NCBI GenBank assembly: GCA_016936575.1
Contig: JAFGXQ010000045.1
Location: forward strand, 70,664-134,663
DNA length: 64,000 bases
Direction of reading: 5' to 3'
From: Deltaproteobacteria bacterium
GTDB lineage: Bacteria; Myxococcota_A; Polyangia; JAAYKL01
Shown here: positions 18,788 to 28,789 of the stretch, piece after piece
Position numbering within the stretch: position 1 is the stretch's first letter
How the letters are laid out: the number at the start of each line of letters is the position of its first letter
The notes under the pieces: generated by a model
Told to the model about the DNA's origin: nothing
Seen by the model: the letters and a program-made list of their open reading frames with translations, nothing else
Database searches by the model: none
Position numbers and translations under genes: made by a program

Positions 18788-20560
18788 CTACATGATAACG
18801 TCAGTCGGAGGCCCGTACAGGGTTGGACGCCACACCACATACCCGAACGCGGTCTGCCCGAAGTTGTATTCCCGCACCATCGTTTGAGAGGAATCCACCT
18901 CATGAATAATGGCCTGGTTGCTATAGGCAACAATTGTGTTGTTATTCGGCAATCGCTGAATATCACCCAGGGTGGGAGTTCCCATATTCGGTACACTGTA
19001 ACTCCATACAAGGCTCATATTTCCTCCGCCACTCATGCTGAACTCCATGCCAACACTGGTCAGATTCACATCGGTAAAAGTACCGGCATTATTGAAGATC
19101 AATAGATTGCCGTTATTCAGCAGCTGGTGCCCGTGCTGCGGTCCCCATGAACCATCATTTTGCGTCAGCCACGAGACATTACCGTTTTTGTCAAATGCAA
19201 CAATCTGATGATGTTCATAGTCGGATACGGTAAATAACCCTTCCGCCTCTGAATACCGCAAGGAATTGCCGTGACAGTTGGCCCCCCAGGTATTTGCGGT
19301 GTCATAAATCAAACTGGTGTTGCCGTTTACATCCAGCGACATCACTCTTGCACATGCGGTCGACATAATGCCGCCGGTGCTTGGTACGTACTCCAGATAT
19401 GCAAAATTGTTGTCGTCAGTCACTGTCAAATCATGCGCGGCGCCTGTCAGAGAGGTAAACTGTTTTACCTCCAACCCGTCCATCGAAATCAGTTCCACCG
19501 ACCCTGCGGTTCCATTGTTGTTGCTCGAAACTACCGCCATCCATTTGCCATCGTAGCTCATACGCGCACGAGTGCTGTCTGCCAGTGATGTGGCGGTGTG
19601 CCACCATACAATGTCGCCGTCCGTATCGGCAATAAATGCCATCGGATTCTGCATCCATGAATTTGCCGAATATGATGCGAGGACCATGAATCCTTCACCG
19701 GGTGTGGTCCCGGCATGACTATCGGTAACCGTTGCGGCCTGTATGGCATTGGTCACCGGCCCGGTCGTGACGTTGTAATCTGGGCTGGTATATGTATTAC
19801 CGTCAATCTCAATTACCACGCGCAAATGGTAGGTGCGTGAGCCTTTCATTCCGAGAAGCAGGGTTCTGAAATCTTGTGCGTGCAAGTCTACCGGCGCTTC
19901 CATTCCGTATGCGGTATCCAGACCGAATTCGATATAGGCGCTGTCGATTTGGTCATCGACATTCGTCGACCATGTGACAATCCCAACGGTGCCGATGGCG
20001 CTGCTGGTAGATGGGTTCACCGTAAATGTAACATCCGTGTCGCTGTCACTGTCAGCATCACTGTCGCTATCTGTATCGCTGTCGCTGTCGGCATCACTGT
20101 CAGTATCACTGTCACTGTCGGTATCGCTGTCGCTGTCAGTATCGCTGTCGGTATCACTGTCACTGTCGGTATCGCTGTCACTATCACTATCGCTATCGGT
20201 ATCGCTGTCGCTGTCGCTATCAGTATCACTATCGCTATCGGTATCACTATCGCTATCGGTATCACTATCGCTATCGGTATCACTATCGCTATCGGTATCA
20301 CTATCGCTATCGCCATCGCTATCAGAATCTCCGTCGCTGTCGGCATCGCCATCGCCATCGCCGTCGGAGTCACTGTCGCTATCGCCGTCAGAGTCGCCAT
20401 CACCGTCAGAATCACTATCCCCATCCGAATCACCATCCGAATCACCATCCGAATCACCATCCACATATACCACGTTACCTTCATCTGTCGTACAGCCCGC
20501 CAGTTGGATTGCCGCCAGTACCGCGCTGAGCCAAAGCACAACGAAAATTGAATATTTCAT
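18788..20560 (-). CDS. Beta-propeller lipoprotein, arylsulfotransferase-like (tentative), carrying a ~150-aa poly(D-S/G/T) tether; paralog of 17348..18766
   Basis: Lipobox LAGCTT. 150 aa of [11 protein letters not shown]...TDSDSD, then [72 protein letters not shown], then a propeller with [19 protein letters not shown]. Confidence 0.45.
   Translation of the reverse strand: MKYSIFVVLWLSAVLAAIQLAGCTTDEGNVVYVDGDSDGDSDGDSDGDSDSDGDGDSDGDSDSDSDGDGDGDADSDGDSDSDGDSDSDTDSDSDTDSDSDTDSDSDTDSDSDTDSDSDSDTDSDSDSDSDTDSDSDTDSDTDSDSDTDSDSDTDSDADSDSDTDSDSDADSDSDTDVTFTVNPSTSSAIGTVGIVTWSTNVDDQIDSAYIEFGLDTAYGMEAPVDLHAQDFRTLLLGMKGSRTYHLRVVIEIDGNTYTSPDYNVTTGPVTNAIQAATVTDSHAGTTPGEGFMVLASYSANSWMQNPMAFIADTDGDIVWWHTATSLADSTRARMSYDGKWMAVVSSNNNGTAGSVELISMDGLEVKQFTSLTGAAHDLTVTDDNNFAYLEYVPSTGGIMSTACARVMSLDVNGNTSLIYDTANTWGANCHGNSLRYSEAEGLFTVSDYEHHQIVAFDKNGNVSWLTQNDGSWGPQHGHQLLNNGNLLIFNNAGTFTDVNLTSVGMEFSMSGGGNMSLVWSYSVPNMGTPTLGDIQRLPNNNTIVAYSNQAIIHEVDSSQTMVREYNFGQTAFGYVVWRPTLYGPPTDVIM
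20005..20458 (-). repeat. Extended coding tandem repeat (6-nt and 18-nt periodicities: gtatcactatcgctatcg, gtcgctgtcact) encoding (D-S-D-x)n
   Basis: Near-perfect reiteration visible at 20220..20320 (atcggtatcactatcgct x5). It produces overlapping spurious ORFs in all six frames (19874..20551, 19974..20621, 20017..20541). Confidence 0.85.
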
Positions 20561-20653
20561 TCGTCTATTCCTTTCTACGTTCCTCCAAGCCTTCCAGATT
20601 TCGGTTGGAGAAATGCGATAGTTTCTTATTAATTGTATGACACGTTTTCGAAT

Positions 20654-21484
20654 TCAGGGACGCTCCAGATATTCAGTTGTAAAATATAAATCTTTTGTAT
20701 TGGGTATATTTTCTATCTTTTCGATTTTAAAAATTGATTTTCTGCCGTTTTGTTTGTTCGTCATTTCCATATACTTTGATCGATATCTTTTTTTCAACTC
20801 GTCAAGGCATTCAATATTTTTGCTTTTCAGCTCTTTCAGCAGCTCCCCTTCCAAATCAAAATACAGCGCTTTTCGAATGGTATATTCTTCTTTCGCGATC
20901 CAGATTTTCTTTTTTGAATACCCTTCGTCCTCAGCAACGTCTTCATTTTTAGGTTTAACTTCAATCAGCCAACACGAAACACCATCCACCGCTTCTTCCT
21001 TCAGTGTTCTAAACGTGTAGTCTGTCAGCGTCGGTGTGTTCATATCGGCGTATGAAAACTCGCTTCCCATAAATGCCTTGGAACGTTCTGATGTGACAAT
21101 CCGCCGGGTTTTTCTGAGTGCAGGCAGATAAATCCACATATCATCCCCTTTATTTTCATAATCGAACGCAAGCACACCTGTTCCTTTGACGTCCGCCGGC
21201 GATAAGAACCGATATACCCGTTTTTCAGTCTTACCGTTGTCGAATAGTTTGGTAACCATCGCTATCTTGCGCTCTCGCTTTTCGCCTTTTCCGTTCTGAA
21301 TAATCAGCTTCATCACCGCCTCAGAACCATCCAGTTTGCGCGACAATGCAGCGTTTTCCATAATTTCTTTTGCCGTGAGCGTCGCCCCTGCATCTGCATT
21401 CATACCAGCGGAAATCACCAATCCAACAATAACCCCCAACACAAGCATGTTCGAAAACAAATATCGTCCTACTCTCATATCCAT
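20654..21484 (-). CDS. LolA-like outer-membrane lipoprotein-sorting/carrier protein (MMPL-associated family)
   Basis: 276 aa. Signal peptide, then an unclosed beta-barrel-type sequence (VLAFDYENKGDDMWIYLPALRKTRRI, SEFSYADM) typical of the LolA_like family encoded next to MMPL exporters. Basic K/E-rich C-terminus. Confidence 0.55.
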   Translation of the reverse strand: MDMRVGRYLFSNMLVLGVIVGLVISAGMNADAGATLTAKEIMENAALSRKLDGSEAVMKLIIQNGKGEKRERKIAMVTKLFDNGKTEKRVYRFLSPADVKGTGVLAFDYENKGDDMWIYLPALRKTRRIVTSERSKAFMGSEFSYADMNTPTLTDYTFRTLKEEAVDGVSCWLIEVKPKNEDVAEDEGYSKKKIWIAKEEYTIRKALYFDLEGELLKELKSKNIECLDELKKRYRSKYMEMTNKQNGRKSIFKIEKIENIPNTKDLYFTTEYLERP

Positions 21485-21519
21485 TCTCCTTTTTATAAAA
21501 GCACTTTAAAACAAGTGGT

Positions 21520-23841
21520 CTACGCCGCGCCGGGTAATTCCTCGGTCGAATTTCCACTCTCTGTAGGCTCCAGAAATTTTGGTTTAAATACAATCACCAC
21601 TGCCGGCAGCACCACCAGCGCACCGATAAGACACGAGACAATAGAAACCACCACCAGTAACCCGAAAAACTGTACAGGAAAAAACTGCGACAGAAGCAAC
21701 ACCACAAACCCAACCACCACCGAAAAACCATTGAACAGGATTCCCCGTCCCGCCGAACGCAATGTTATTTTCACCGCATCCATCGGTTCCGCCAGCCTGC
21801 GTTCCTCGCGATAACGCCACAGAAAATGAATGGTGTAATCAATGCCAACACCAATCATAATCGATGAAAGCATCGCGGTAATCAAATTCAATTCAATGCC
21901 CCAATACCCCATCAACCCGAACAATATTGAAACAGCAATTCCCAAAGGAATCATCGAAATCAGCCCCGCAACAACCGATCGCATTACAGCGCCTACCAAC
22001 ACACCACACAGGAGAATAGACAAAAACAAACTCAACAACTGCCCCCGTACGATGTAATCCACCATGTTGGTAATCACATCCAATAAACCGCCCACAATCG
22101 TGAACGGTGCCTGAGGATGGGCATCAATGTACGCCTGTGTGTAATGGACCACATCGGTTGCCGCCCGGGTTCCACTGTCTCGTACCTGCGCAAGGATTTG
22201 CGCATTGCGATAATTGAAGTCTACGAGTTTATTGAAATCCTCAATATCGCCGCTAAGCGAGTACAGCAGAAAGTACTGCGCAATCAAATCTCGTTTGTCC
22301 GGAACTTTATCCGCAGATGCGGCGTTGTCGTTCATTACTCTGTTCATTCCGCGCACCATTGCGGCGATTGATGATGTGGTACCCACCAGTGGATGCTTTT
22401 TCAGATGCCTTTCCAGTTTATCGATTTCCTTCATCACCGCAGGGTCTTTGATGTCGCCCTTGGCAACGATCGACACATTCGCCCACCCTCCGAAATGTTC
22501 ATTCAACATATGGGTGGCGCGCCAAACCGGATCGTTTTTTTTGTAAAAACTCATCGGATTGCTGTCTACAACAATAAATGCCGCACCTGTTGCAAATGCC
22601 ACGAGCAGAACCCCGCTGATGATTAAAATTCCTCTGGATTTTTTTGACGCGACATCCCCTATGAAATTCAACAAGCGACTCATCAATGTCGCCACATCCT
22701 GAATCTTTTTTTCTTTTTTCTTCTTCGATTTCGATTTCGGCAATACTGCCAATACCGCGGGAATAAACACCAAGCTGCCCACCATTGCAAAGGCAACACC
22801 GGCAGCAGCCAGAATTCCCAGCTGCTCTGCCGGAATGATGATATGCGAGAGCAGACAAAGAAGCCCCACCATCGTGGTGATTCCGCTTGCCAGAATGGGT
22901 TGATTTAAATGCTGAACAGTCGCATGGGCAAGCTGCTTCGAATCGAGTTCCTTGTTTTCAGCACGTTCTTCCTGATATCTCGCCATAATGTGAATTCCGT
23001 AATCATTTGCCACAGCAAGAAGGATTACGGGAAGCAACACGGTGACAGTATGAATTTTCCATCCGAGGAACGCGAGCAGACCAAGCGCAAACACGATTGC
23101 CATCACTGTCATAATAAACGGCATCAACACGCCGCGTGCTTCCCGGAAACATAACAGCAAGAAAATAAACATCAGCACCAAACCGACCGGAAGAAAACGA
23201 GACATGTCCTTTCGAATATCTTTCGAAAGCTTCACGCGGGTAACCGGCATCCCACCAATTAACGCATCTCCGGGCCCTTTCGTCTGTTTAATCAGTTGCT
23301 CCAGCTGACCAACCACTTTTTCATCTGAAGCGTCCGTCGCCAGAAAACCGATAAGCACCGTGTGTTTGAAATCCTTCGATACGATGTTCCCGTACACCAA
23401 CTCATTTTCTTTTAAATCATGACGTAGCGTTTCCTTCTGCTTCTCGCTTTTCGGTATACGGCGAATCGCCTGTTCCACCACCAGCTCTCCGCATTCGGCA
23501 CTGATATGTTTGGCGGTGAAAAGAGTGATTACCCGATCGAACTCTTTGATATGTTCAAACTTTTTCGACATTTCCTTCAACCGGTGAATCACGTCGATAT
23601 CGAGAATATCATCGGCAGAAAGCACAATCATGATCATATCGGTTCCACCGAACAGCTTTTCAATTTGGGTCAGATTTTTTCGAGTGGGCAAATCCACAGG
23701 CAGTTGATTCTTCATCTCCGTATCCAACTCAATGTGCCGAAGTTGAAAAGCAGCGGCAACCGTAACTGCAACAAAAATAACGATAATCGGCCAGGGGTGT
23801 GAGGTGACAAAATTTGCAAAACTGTTCTTCCGCTGTTTCAT
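21520..23841 (-). CDS. MMPL/RND-superfamily lipid exporter (HpnN/MmpL-like, 12 TM with two periplasmic loops)
   Basis: 773 aa. The N-terminal TM segment is followed by a periplasmic domain, a six-TM block (LMFIFLLLCF...GLLAFLGWKIHTVTVLLPVILLAVANDYGIHI), and then a second periplasmic domain and a second TM block (GIAVSILFGLMGYWGIELNLITAMLSSIMIGVGIDYTIHFLWRYREE). This is the classic duplicated RND/MMPL topology. Confidence 0.8.
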   Translation of the reverse strand: MKQRKNSFANFVTSHPWPIIVIFVAVTVAAAFQLRHIELDTEMKNQLPVDLPTRKNLTQIEKLFGGTDMIMIVLSADDILDIDVIHRLKEMSKKFEHIKEFDRVITLFTAKHISAECGELVVEQAIRRIPKSEKQKETLRHDLKENELVYGNIVSKDFKHTVLIGFLATDASDEKVVGQLEQLIKQTKGPGDALIGGMPVTRVKLSKDIRKDMSRFLPVGLVLMFIFLLLCFREARGVLMPFIMTVMAIVFALGLLAFLGWKIHTVTVLLPVILLAVANDYGIHIMARYQEERAENKELDSKQLAHATVQHLNQPILASGITTMVGLLCLLSHIIIPAEQLGILAAAGVAFAMVGSLVFIPAVLAVLPKSKSKKKKEKKIQDVATLMSRLLNFIGDVASKKSRGILIISGVLLVAFATGAAFIVVDSNPMSFYKKNDPVWRATHMLNEHFGGWANVSIVAKGDIKDPAVMKEIDKLERHLKKHPLVGTTSSIAAMVRGMNRVMNDNAASADKVPDKRDLIAQYFLLYSLSGDIEDFNKLVDFNYRNAQILAQVRDSGTRAATDVVHYTQAYIDAHPQAPFTIVGGLLDVITNMVDYIVRGQLLSLFLSILLCGVLVGAVMRSVVAGLISMIPLGIAVSILFGLMGYWGIELNLITAMLSSIMIGVGIDYTIHFLWRYREERRLAEPMDAVKITLRSAGRGILFNGFSVVVGFVVLLLSQFFPVQFFGLLVVVSIVSCLIGALVVLPAVVIVFKPKFLEPTESGNSTEELPGAA

Positions 23842-23854
23842 TTTATTCTCTTCC

Positions 23855-25402
23855 CTAGAACGATAATTTCATTTCCGCGTATCCGGCGCTCTGCAACTGA
23901 TCGATCATTCCGAACAATGTATCATCAGGCCCCATGTACAATTCCGCACCTACGCTGACCGTCATATCGTCGACCAACTTGTACGCAATTTTCGGGTACA
24001 CCAACCACTCTCCGGTTGAAAAGTTCGCCATACCGAACGCCACGAGAGAAAGTGTGTCGTGCAGCGTTGTCCAGGTGATACGCAACGACGCACCGTGCTG
24101 AATCTTTTCTGTATGGCCGTGAATCAGCTGATTTTTTACCGCCAATTCCCGGTACGCCATATAACTTCGCGTTTCCTCCGGAATGAATCCATAATTCTGA
24201 ATCACGGTATCCAGATGATCCAGGTCCAAATCCATGGCCAGAGAATTGATAAATTCCTCAATGGTGCTGTCACCGTCCGGTACGGTTTCCCAATCAAGTA
24301 CATATCGCCCGATATATTGACCGATAAGCAACACATTACCGATTTCCTTGTCCGCTCCAAGTACATAGTACACATCAGGCTTCGGAACATGAATACGCTG
24401 GTCACGAATGCTCGGTTTCTCGGTGGGGTACCGAAACGCAGCCTCTCCTCGCAGTCCGAATAGAGAAGCAATCGTGGTAGAAAAATCGGCCCCCACCACG
24501 TGATGTTTGTATGCACGACGCGAAACCGTCACCGATGCCGGAACGTCTGTAAGCTGGTACGACTCGAGCGACAGACCCGGCGTTAAAGAAAAGCCGTACA
24601 AATACGAAAGCGACATCTCGAACGATGAGAAAATCAGATGCGTCTTTCCGGCAATCAATCCGTTCAACACATCAAAGTCAGGATACACCGGGTCGCTAAA
24701 AACAATAGCATCTGACAACGCCACTTTCGGCATTACCGACGGAACATATATGGGCATCCACACGACTTCCAAGCGCAATGGGTTCAAGTTCAACCGCGCA
24801 CGCAATCCGATGTTGGCCAAACGCCGGTCGTCTTCTTCAGGCGAGCGAACCCGAATATCGACAGGTGTGATACTATTTGTTGGATTGATGCCATCGGCGC
24901 GTCCCCAAACAACAATCTGTTGACCCAGCCTCAGTTCCAAGCGACTGAGGTATAGATTGACATACGCTTCACGAAGCATAATTGATGTGTCAAACTCGCC
25001 TATCGACTCTCCTCCGCCCGATCGTTCTGTAGGTTGTCCCAGATATGTTTCATCATTCAAGTACCCTCCTTTCAATCGAAGCTCGGCGAAACCGTCCGTC
25101 ATCCGTTCTTTCACCGCCCGTAACTTCAACGCCAGTTCCCCATACCCTGTTTTCAGCTCAGCCCTGGGCTGTCGCGGCATTTTTCCGACAAACACGTCGC
25201 CGCGGATGTAGCCGTTCAAATCGAATGTCAAAGGATTCTGTACGACCGTTTCGGTTGATTCCCCATTGGAATCCACAGGCGATGCAGGGGCGGTATCTGT
25301 TTCATTCCCCGAAACCGCGTCGTCGAACAATCCGGCCGAAGCGATACCGGGTATGTGCGCAAGAATAAGAAATCCAATCAGTGCCTTAATACCATGTTTC
25401 AT
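23855..25402 (-). CDS. Secreted outer-membrane beta-barrel protein (possibly DUF1302-like, a family often co-encoded with LolA-like/MMPL genes)
   Basis: Signal peptide MKHGIKALIGFLILAHIPGIASA. Alternating hydrophobic beta-strand pattern; the C-terminus ends in an aromatic (..EMKLSF). It sits 13 bp upstream of the MMPL gene. Confidence 0.45.
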   Translation of the reverse strand: MKHGIKALIGFLILAHIPGIASAGLFDDAVSGNETDTAPASPVDSNGESTETVVQNPLTFDLNGYIRGDVFVGKMPRQPRAELKTGYGELALKLRAVKERMTDGFAELRLKGGYLNDETYLGQPTERSGGGESIGEFDTSIMLREAYVNLYLSRLELRLGQQIVVWGRADGINPTNSITPVDIRVRSPEEDDRRLANIGLRARLNLNPLRLEVVWMPIYVPSVMPKVALSDAIVFSDPVYPDFDVLNGLIAGKTHLIFSSFEMSLSYLYGFSLTPGLSLESYQLTDVPASVTVSRRAYKHHVVGADFSTTIASLFGLRGEAAFRYPTEKPSIRDQRIHVPKPDVYYVLGADKEIGNVLLIGQYIGRYVLDWETVPDGDSTIEEFINSLAMDLDLDHLDTVIQNYGFIPEETRSYMAYRELAVKNQLIHGHTEKIQHGASLRITWTTLHDTLSLVAFGMANFSTGEWLVYPKIAYKLVDDMTVSVGAELYMGPDDTLFGMIDQLQSAGYAEMKLSF

Positions 25403-25403
25403 G

Positions 25404-26873
25404 TCAGAACCTGTACGATAATGCGAGCGATGAAAAGTGATAACTGCTCACATATACTCCGCTATTCGCTGTGGCTGAGGGCTGTTCAGGATAGTGGGCA
25501 TCGCAATTGTTGTTATCGGTATACGGCGCCTCACAAAAGCTTCCCGGAACTTGTTGATAAATCTGTCCGTTACTTTCGCTCATTGAAAATGGAATTTCAT
25601 ATACATAGGTGTATGACAGGGACACATCAAATCTTCCCAATATCAATGTTGTGCCCGCGCTCGCACCGAGTCGATGGGTGGCGGGAAAATCCACATAGGC
25701 AAAATTCTTTCTACTCGCTGCTGTTTCATAGAATGTACCTGCACGTATAATAAGACGATTGTCTATCACGTTCATGTCACCCCCAAACCGCACACTGAAC
25801 GTGTTTTTCCAGTGTTTCGGTATGACAATCTCTCCGACTTCAACACTGACCCCCATGACATCAGCGTACAGTCCCTTGCCGTCGATGATGTATTCATCCA
25901 TCTGGGACCAGAACTCATAGCGAACATCAAGTTCCAAGTCGTACAGATCTCTCTTTCCGCGCAAATGAATGTATCTCGCACCTGCCCGCAGCTCCATCGG
26001 AAGGGTCATTGCAAACGTCACGTTGTTATCAGGATTGTCGTTTCTGCTGAGCTCCGGCGCTTCTTCAAGAGAAAGAAACACTGGTGTGAGCGAAAGCTCG
26101 CTGTCCGCGTGTAGATAAGTAGGAATCAGCCGTCCGGAAAACGCCAGTTGAAAAGAAGGCATTGGATGCACCCAGAATCCGAGAATTGCCGAAATCCCGG
26201 TATGGTCTGCGCCTTTCACAGTAGCCGCCATATCAAACAGGCTGGAAACCGGGCTGACCTGCCCGGGAGTCGTATCTCCGTTCACAATTAATTGCAATTC
26301 CAACTGTGCCAAATCCACCCACTGCAGACTGACCCCCACACCGAACACATCCTTGTACCGCCATGCCGCACTGAGGCTGTAATACAGAATTTTTGTATCC
26401 CGCCGTGTCAACATATAGCGCTGACCACCGTCTTGCGAAAATTCCTGCGTGGAAATACCGGCCGGTGCGTAGGTTCCCAACGCAAACGCCCAGCTCTGAA
26501 GGCCGAAATCCGTCGATACGACAATCATCGGCCCGAGCAACTGCCAAGTGTGCTCGTTATTCACAGTGTCAAATGTTACGTAGTCGGGAATACCCTCGCC
26601 GGCCTCGCTCCAGTCCAGTAAAGGCGCACGCCTGAATTGTTCATGCGCGTAACCGAACCGATTACTCAGATATAGTTGCGTGCCGTGTAGAGATGTCAAT
26701 CCCGCGGGGTTATATTCAATGGCGGTGGCATCATCAGCTTTAGCAACAAAGGCACCACCTCGACCAGCGGCCACCGCGCCCTGATCTCCCACCGATATTC
26801 CAGCAGACAACACATCATTCGAAAACATGACGATGATTCCCCCCAACGCGCATAGAACAATAAAAAAAGCCAT
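25404..26873 (-). CDS. FadL/OmpP1/TodX-family outer-membrane hydrophobic-compound transporter
   Basis: ORF track gives 25404..27020, but that extension overlaps the upstream gene. Start preferred at MAFFIVLCALGG (signal peptide). The N-terminal hatch motif GAVAAGRGGAFVAKADDATAIEYNPAGLT matches the FadL consensus (G.GRAGA..AEDAS...YNPAG). The C-terminus ends in ...LSYRF. Confidence 0.6.
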   Translation of the reverse strand: MAFFIVLCALGGIIVMFSNDVLSAGISVGDQGAVAAGRGGAFVAKADDATAIEYNPAGLTSLHGTQLYLSNRFGYAHEQFRRAPLLDWSEAGEGIPDYVTFDTVNNEHTWQLLGPMIVVSTDFGLQSWAFALGTYAPAGISTQEFSQDGGQRYMLTRRDTKILYYSLSAAWRYKDVFGVGVSLQWVDLAQLELQLIVNGDTTPGQVSPVSSLFDMAATVKGADHTGISAILGFWVHPMPSFQLAFSGRLIPTYLHADSELSLTPVFLSLEEAPELSRNDNPDNNVTFAMTLPMELRAGARYIHLRGKRDLYDLELDVRYEFWSQMDEYIIDGKGLYADVMGVSVEVGEIVIPKHWKNTFSVRFGGDMNVIDNRLIIRAGTFYETAASRKNFAYVDFPATHRLGASAGTTLILGRFDVSLSYTYVYEIPFSMSESNGQIYQQVPGSFCEAPYTDNNNCDAHYPEQPSATANSGVYVSSYHFSSLALSYRF

Positions 26874-26922
26874 CTGAAACTGTCGATGCGGCCGATAGAA
26901 CACAGTCACCCCTTTGCCTCTC

Positions 26923-27918
26923 CTATACCCCTGTACAATCCGCTGACATGGTGTTTCTGAACAACGAAGTAACATCTTCAGCTTCAAAGAAAGCCGATAG
27001 TCGATAACCGATTCGCCCATCCGCTGTCACACAGCTGGGTACGATTTCAGCTGCATCCATAATTCCGCGAAAGGTCGCCCAGTTTCCATTTTGCCCACAG
27101 GCGCTGGCGCAATAGCCCGAAATCGCTTCCACTGAAAACGATTCAAACGGATCTTCCGGCGGTGTCGGAAAACCGGTTTCCGGTAAAGCGCCGTCTTTAC
27201 TGCACAATCCGGCCTTGATACACATACAAATTTGATTGACCGACTCCTGCGGCAGGCACCCTTCAAGATGCCCCGACGAAATCTGACTACAGTTTTCATT
27301 AAAACCGAACGTAACATGCAGATCATGAATCGGCGTGCTGTTCGCGGGAGACAACAACGGCGCACACATCAGAGGATCAGTCTGCGGCCCCAAATGAAAA
27401 TATAACGTCTGTGCCTCGGTGTTTCTGAATCTGCACTGATAACCGTTTGACGGAATGACATCAACGCCGATATTCAACGATTCATCCATAAAACAATACG
27501 ACTCAATCGTCGAAAAATCATCGTTTGAATATCCGGTAGAAGGCGTGCGCCAGGCCGGGCCCACACTCAATTGCAGCCTGGAGAAGGCCGCGAGTTCGTC
27601 GTCATCGGCTTCTGCAATGTCAACCACGAACAGCACATTCAGCAGGTAATTCGAAATCTCGTATTCCCACATGCTGTCGAGTGTCACGTTCAGCCTGGCC
27701 GGTTGGTCAACGGTTAAACGGGTAAATCGATAGGCCCGGCCTGTCACGTCCTCGGGCGTGCAGTTGCACTGAGTATTCTCCCCTGTCGCATCGCCTTGGA
27801 TAAAGACATCCGGAGCCGGCGGCTCAATAATGTCCACACAAGCAACAACGGTCATCATCGCAACGGCCAATGTAGTTGTCAGCCTATACGCCTGCGACGT
27901 TCTCACCGCTCTCTTCAT
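26923..27918 (-). CDS. Cysteine-containing secreted lipoprotein of unknown function
   Basis: Start preferred at MKRAVRT. Signal peptide with VVACVD lipobox-like site, about 20 Cys, no recognisable domain. Confidence 0.4.
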   Translation of the reverse strand: MKRAVRTSQAYRLTTTLAVAMMTVVACVDIIEPPAPDVFIQGDATGENTQCNCTPEDVTGRAYRFTRLTVDQPARLNVTLDSMWEYEISNYLLNVLFVVDIAEADDDELAAFSRLQLSVGPAWRTPSTGYSNDDFSTIESYCFMDESLNIGVDVIPSNGYQCRFRNTEAQTLYFHLGPQTDPLMCAPLLSPANSTPIHDLHVTFGFNENCSQISSGHLEGCLPQESVNQICMCIKAGLCSKDGALPETGFPTPPEDPFESFSVEAISGYCASACGQNGNWATFRGIMDAAEIVPSCVTADGRIGYRLSAFFEAEDVTSLFRNTMSADCTGV

Positions 27919-27955
27919 GTGAAATACATGCTTACAGATTCGCACAAGGGTCATC

Positions 27956-28756
27956 CTATTCTGCGCACTCCGCACTTGCTGCTACGACTTCTGTCAACTG
28001 AAGACCTGAAACGACCTGACCAGTTACATTACTTGCGGTAAGATGCATGCAGAACAACTCGCCGTCATGTTCGCATTCTTCACATGCAAATCCCATCGTC
28101 GGCGCAGTGTTGCAAATCTTTTCAGGCGTGGGGTCTGTAAACATGATTGTAAACAGTTCGTAAATATCTCTGAAATCAACTGTGGCTTTGAGGGTACCAT
28201 CGATAAATGCATCTCCTCCGTTCACCAGAGACCCTGAAATACTCAAATCATGAATGGTTGCTACTTCGAAGGCACCATTTCCTTCAATAACGGTTTCCAG
28301 ATTTGTCGGACCAATCAGAAAATCGGGATTGTCCGCAATCGTGCCGCTGCACGAGGCCGTGGCACTACACATATCCTGCACACCGTCATTCATCGTTCCC
28401 ATCGAAGTCGTCAGCGCGGATTGAGCGATTTCTACAACGGTAAAGGCAAATATCGGAACATATCCGCCCAACTCCGCCCCCACACCGGACGGTGTCCAGT
28501 TTGCAGCCGGAATTTCATCCAGGGCATAGGTATTCGCCAAAATAACACTAACGTCTTCCAGGGGCGTTGCATCTAAAGTTTCGCTGGGGGTATCTGATTC
28601 CGAATCCACATCGGTTCCGCTGTCAGATGCAGTGTCACTATCGTTCGTGTCGATATTATCAGAATCATCGGCCTCATCCCCGGTTTTGTCGCCACAACTC
28701 AGCAGTAGCAGACAAAACAACCCTACCAATCCGGACAATTTCAATTGCGTTTCCAT
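27956..28756 (-). CDS. Lipoprotein with acidic D/S/T tether; unknown globular domain
   Basis: Lipobox LLLSCGD. Tether KTGDEADDSDNIDTNDSDTASDSGTDVDSESDTPSETLD. Confidence 0.5.
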   Translation of the reverse strand: METQLKLSGLVGLFCLLLLSCGDKTGDEADDSDNIDTNDSDTASDSGTDVDSESDTPSETLDATPLEDVSVILANTYALDEIPAANWTPSGVGAELGGYVPIFAFTVVEIAQSALTTSMGTMNDGVQDMCSATASCSGTIADNPDFLIGPTNLETVIEGNGAFEVATIHDLSISGSLVNGGDAFIDGTLKATVDFRDIYELFTIMFTDPTPEKICNTAPTMGFACEECEHDGELFCMHLTASNVTGQVVSGLQLTEVVAASAECAE

Positions 28757-28789
28757 GTTACTTTTTCCTCCATTTGTTCTTCGCCGGTT

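Noticed and set aside
19874-20621. ORFs 19874..20551 (+), 19974..20621 (+), 20017..20541 (-), 32037..33143 (+), 32352..33071 (-), 32366..33304 (+), 7852..8127 (-), 7888..8130 (+), 17061..17690 (+)
   Set aside because: All are alternative-frame readings of the poly(Asp-Ser) DNA tandem repeats ([15 protein letters not shown] or HRYHHRY-type translations). The only frames with signal peptides and downstream globular domains are those annotated.
26874-27020. N-terminal 49-residue extension of the FadL-like ORF as given in the ORF track
   Set aside because: It would overlap the 3' end of the upstream gene by 98 nt and precede the real signal peptide (MAFFIVLCALGG). The internal Met at 26873 gives a canonical FadL N-terminus.
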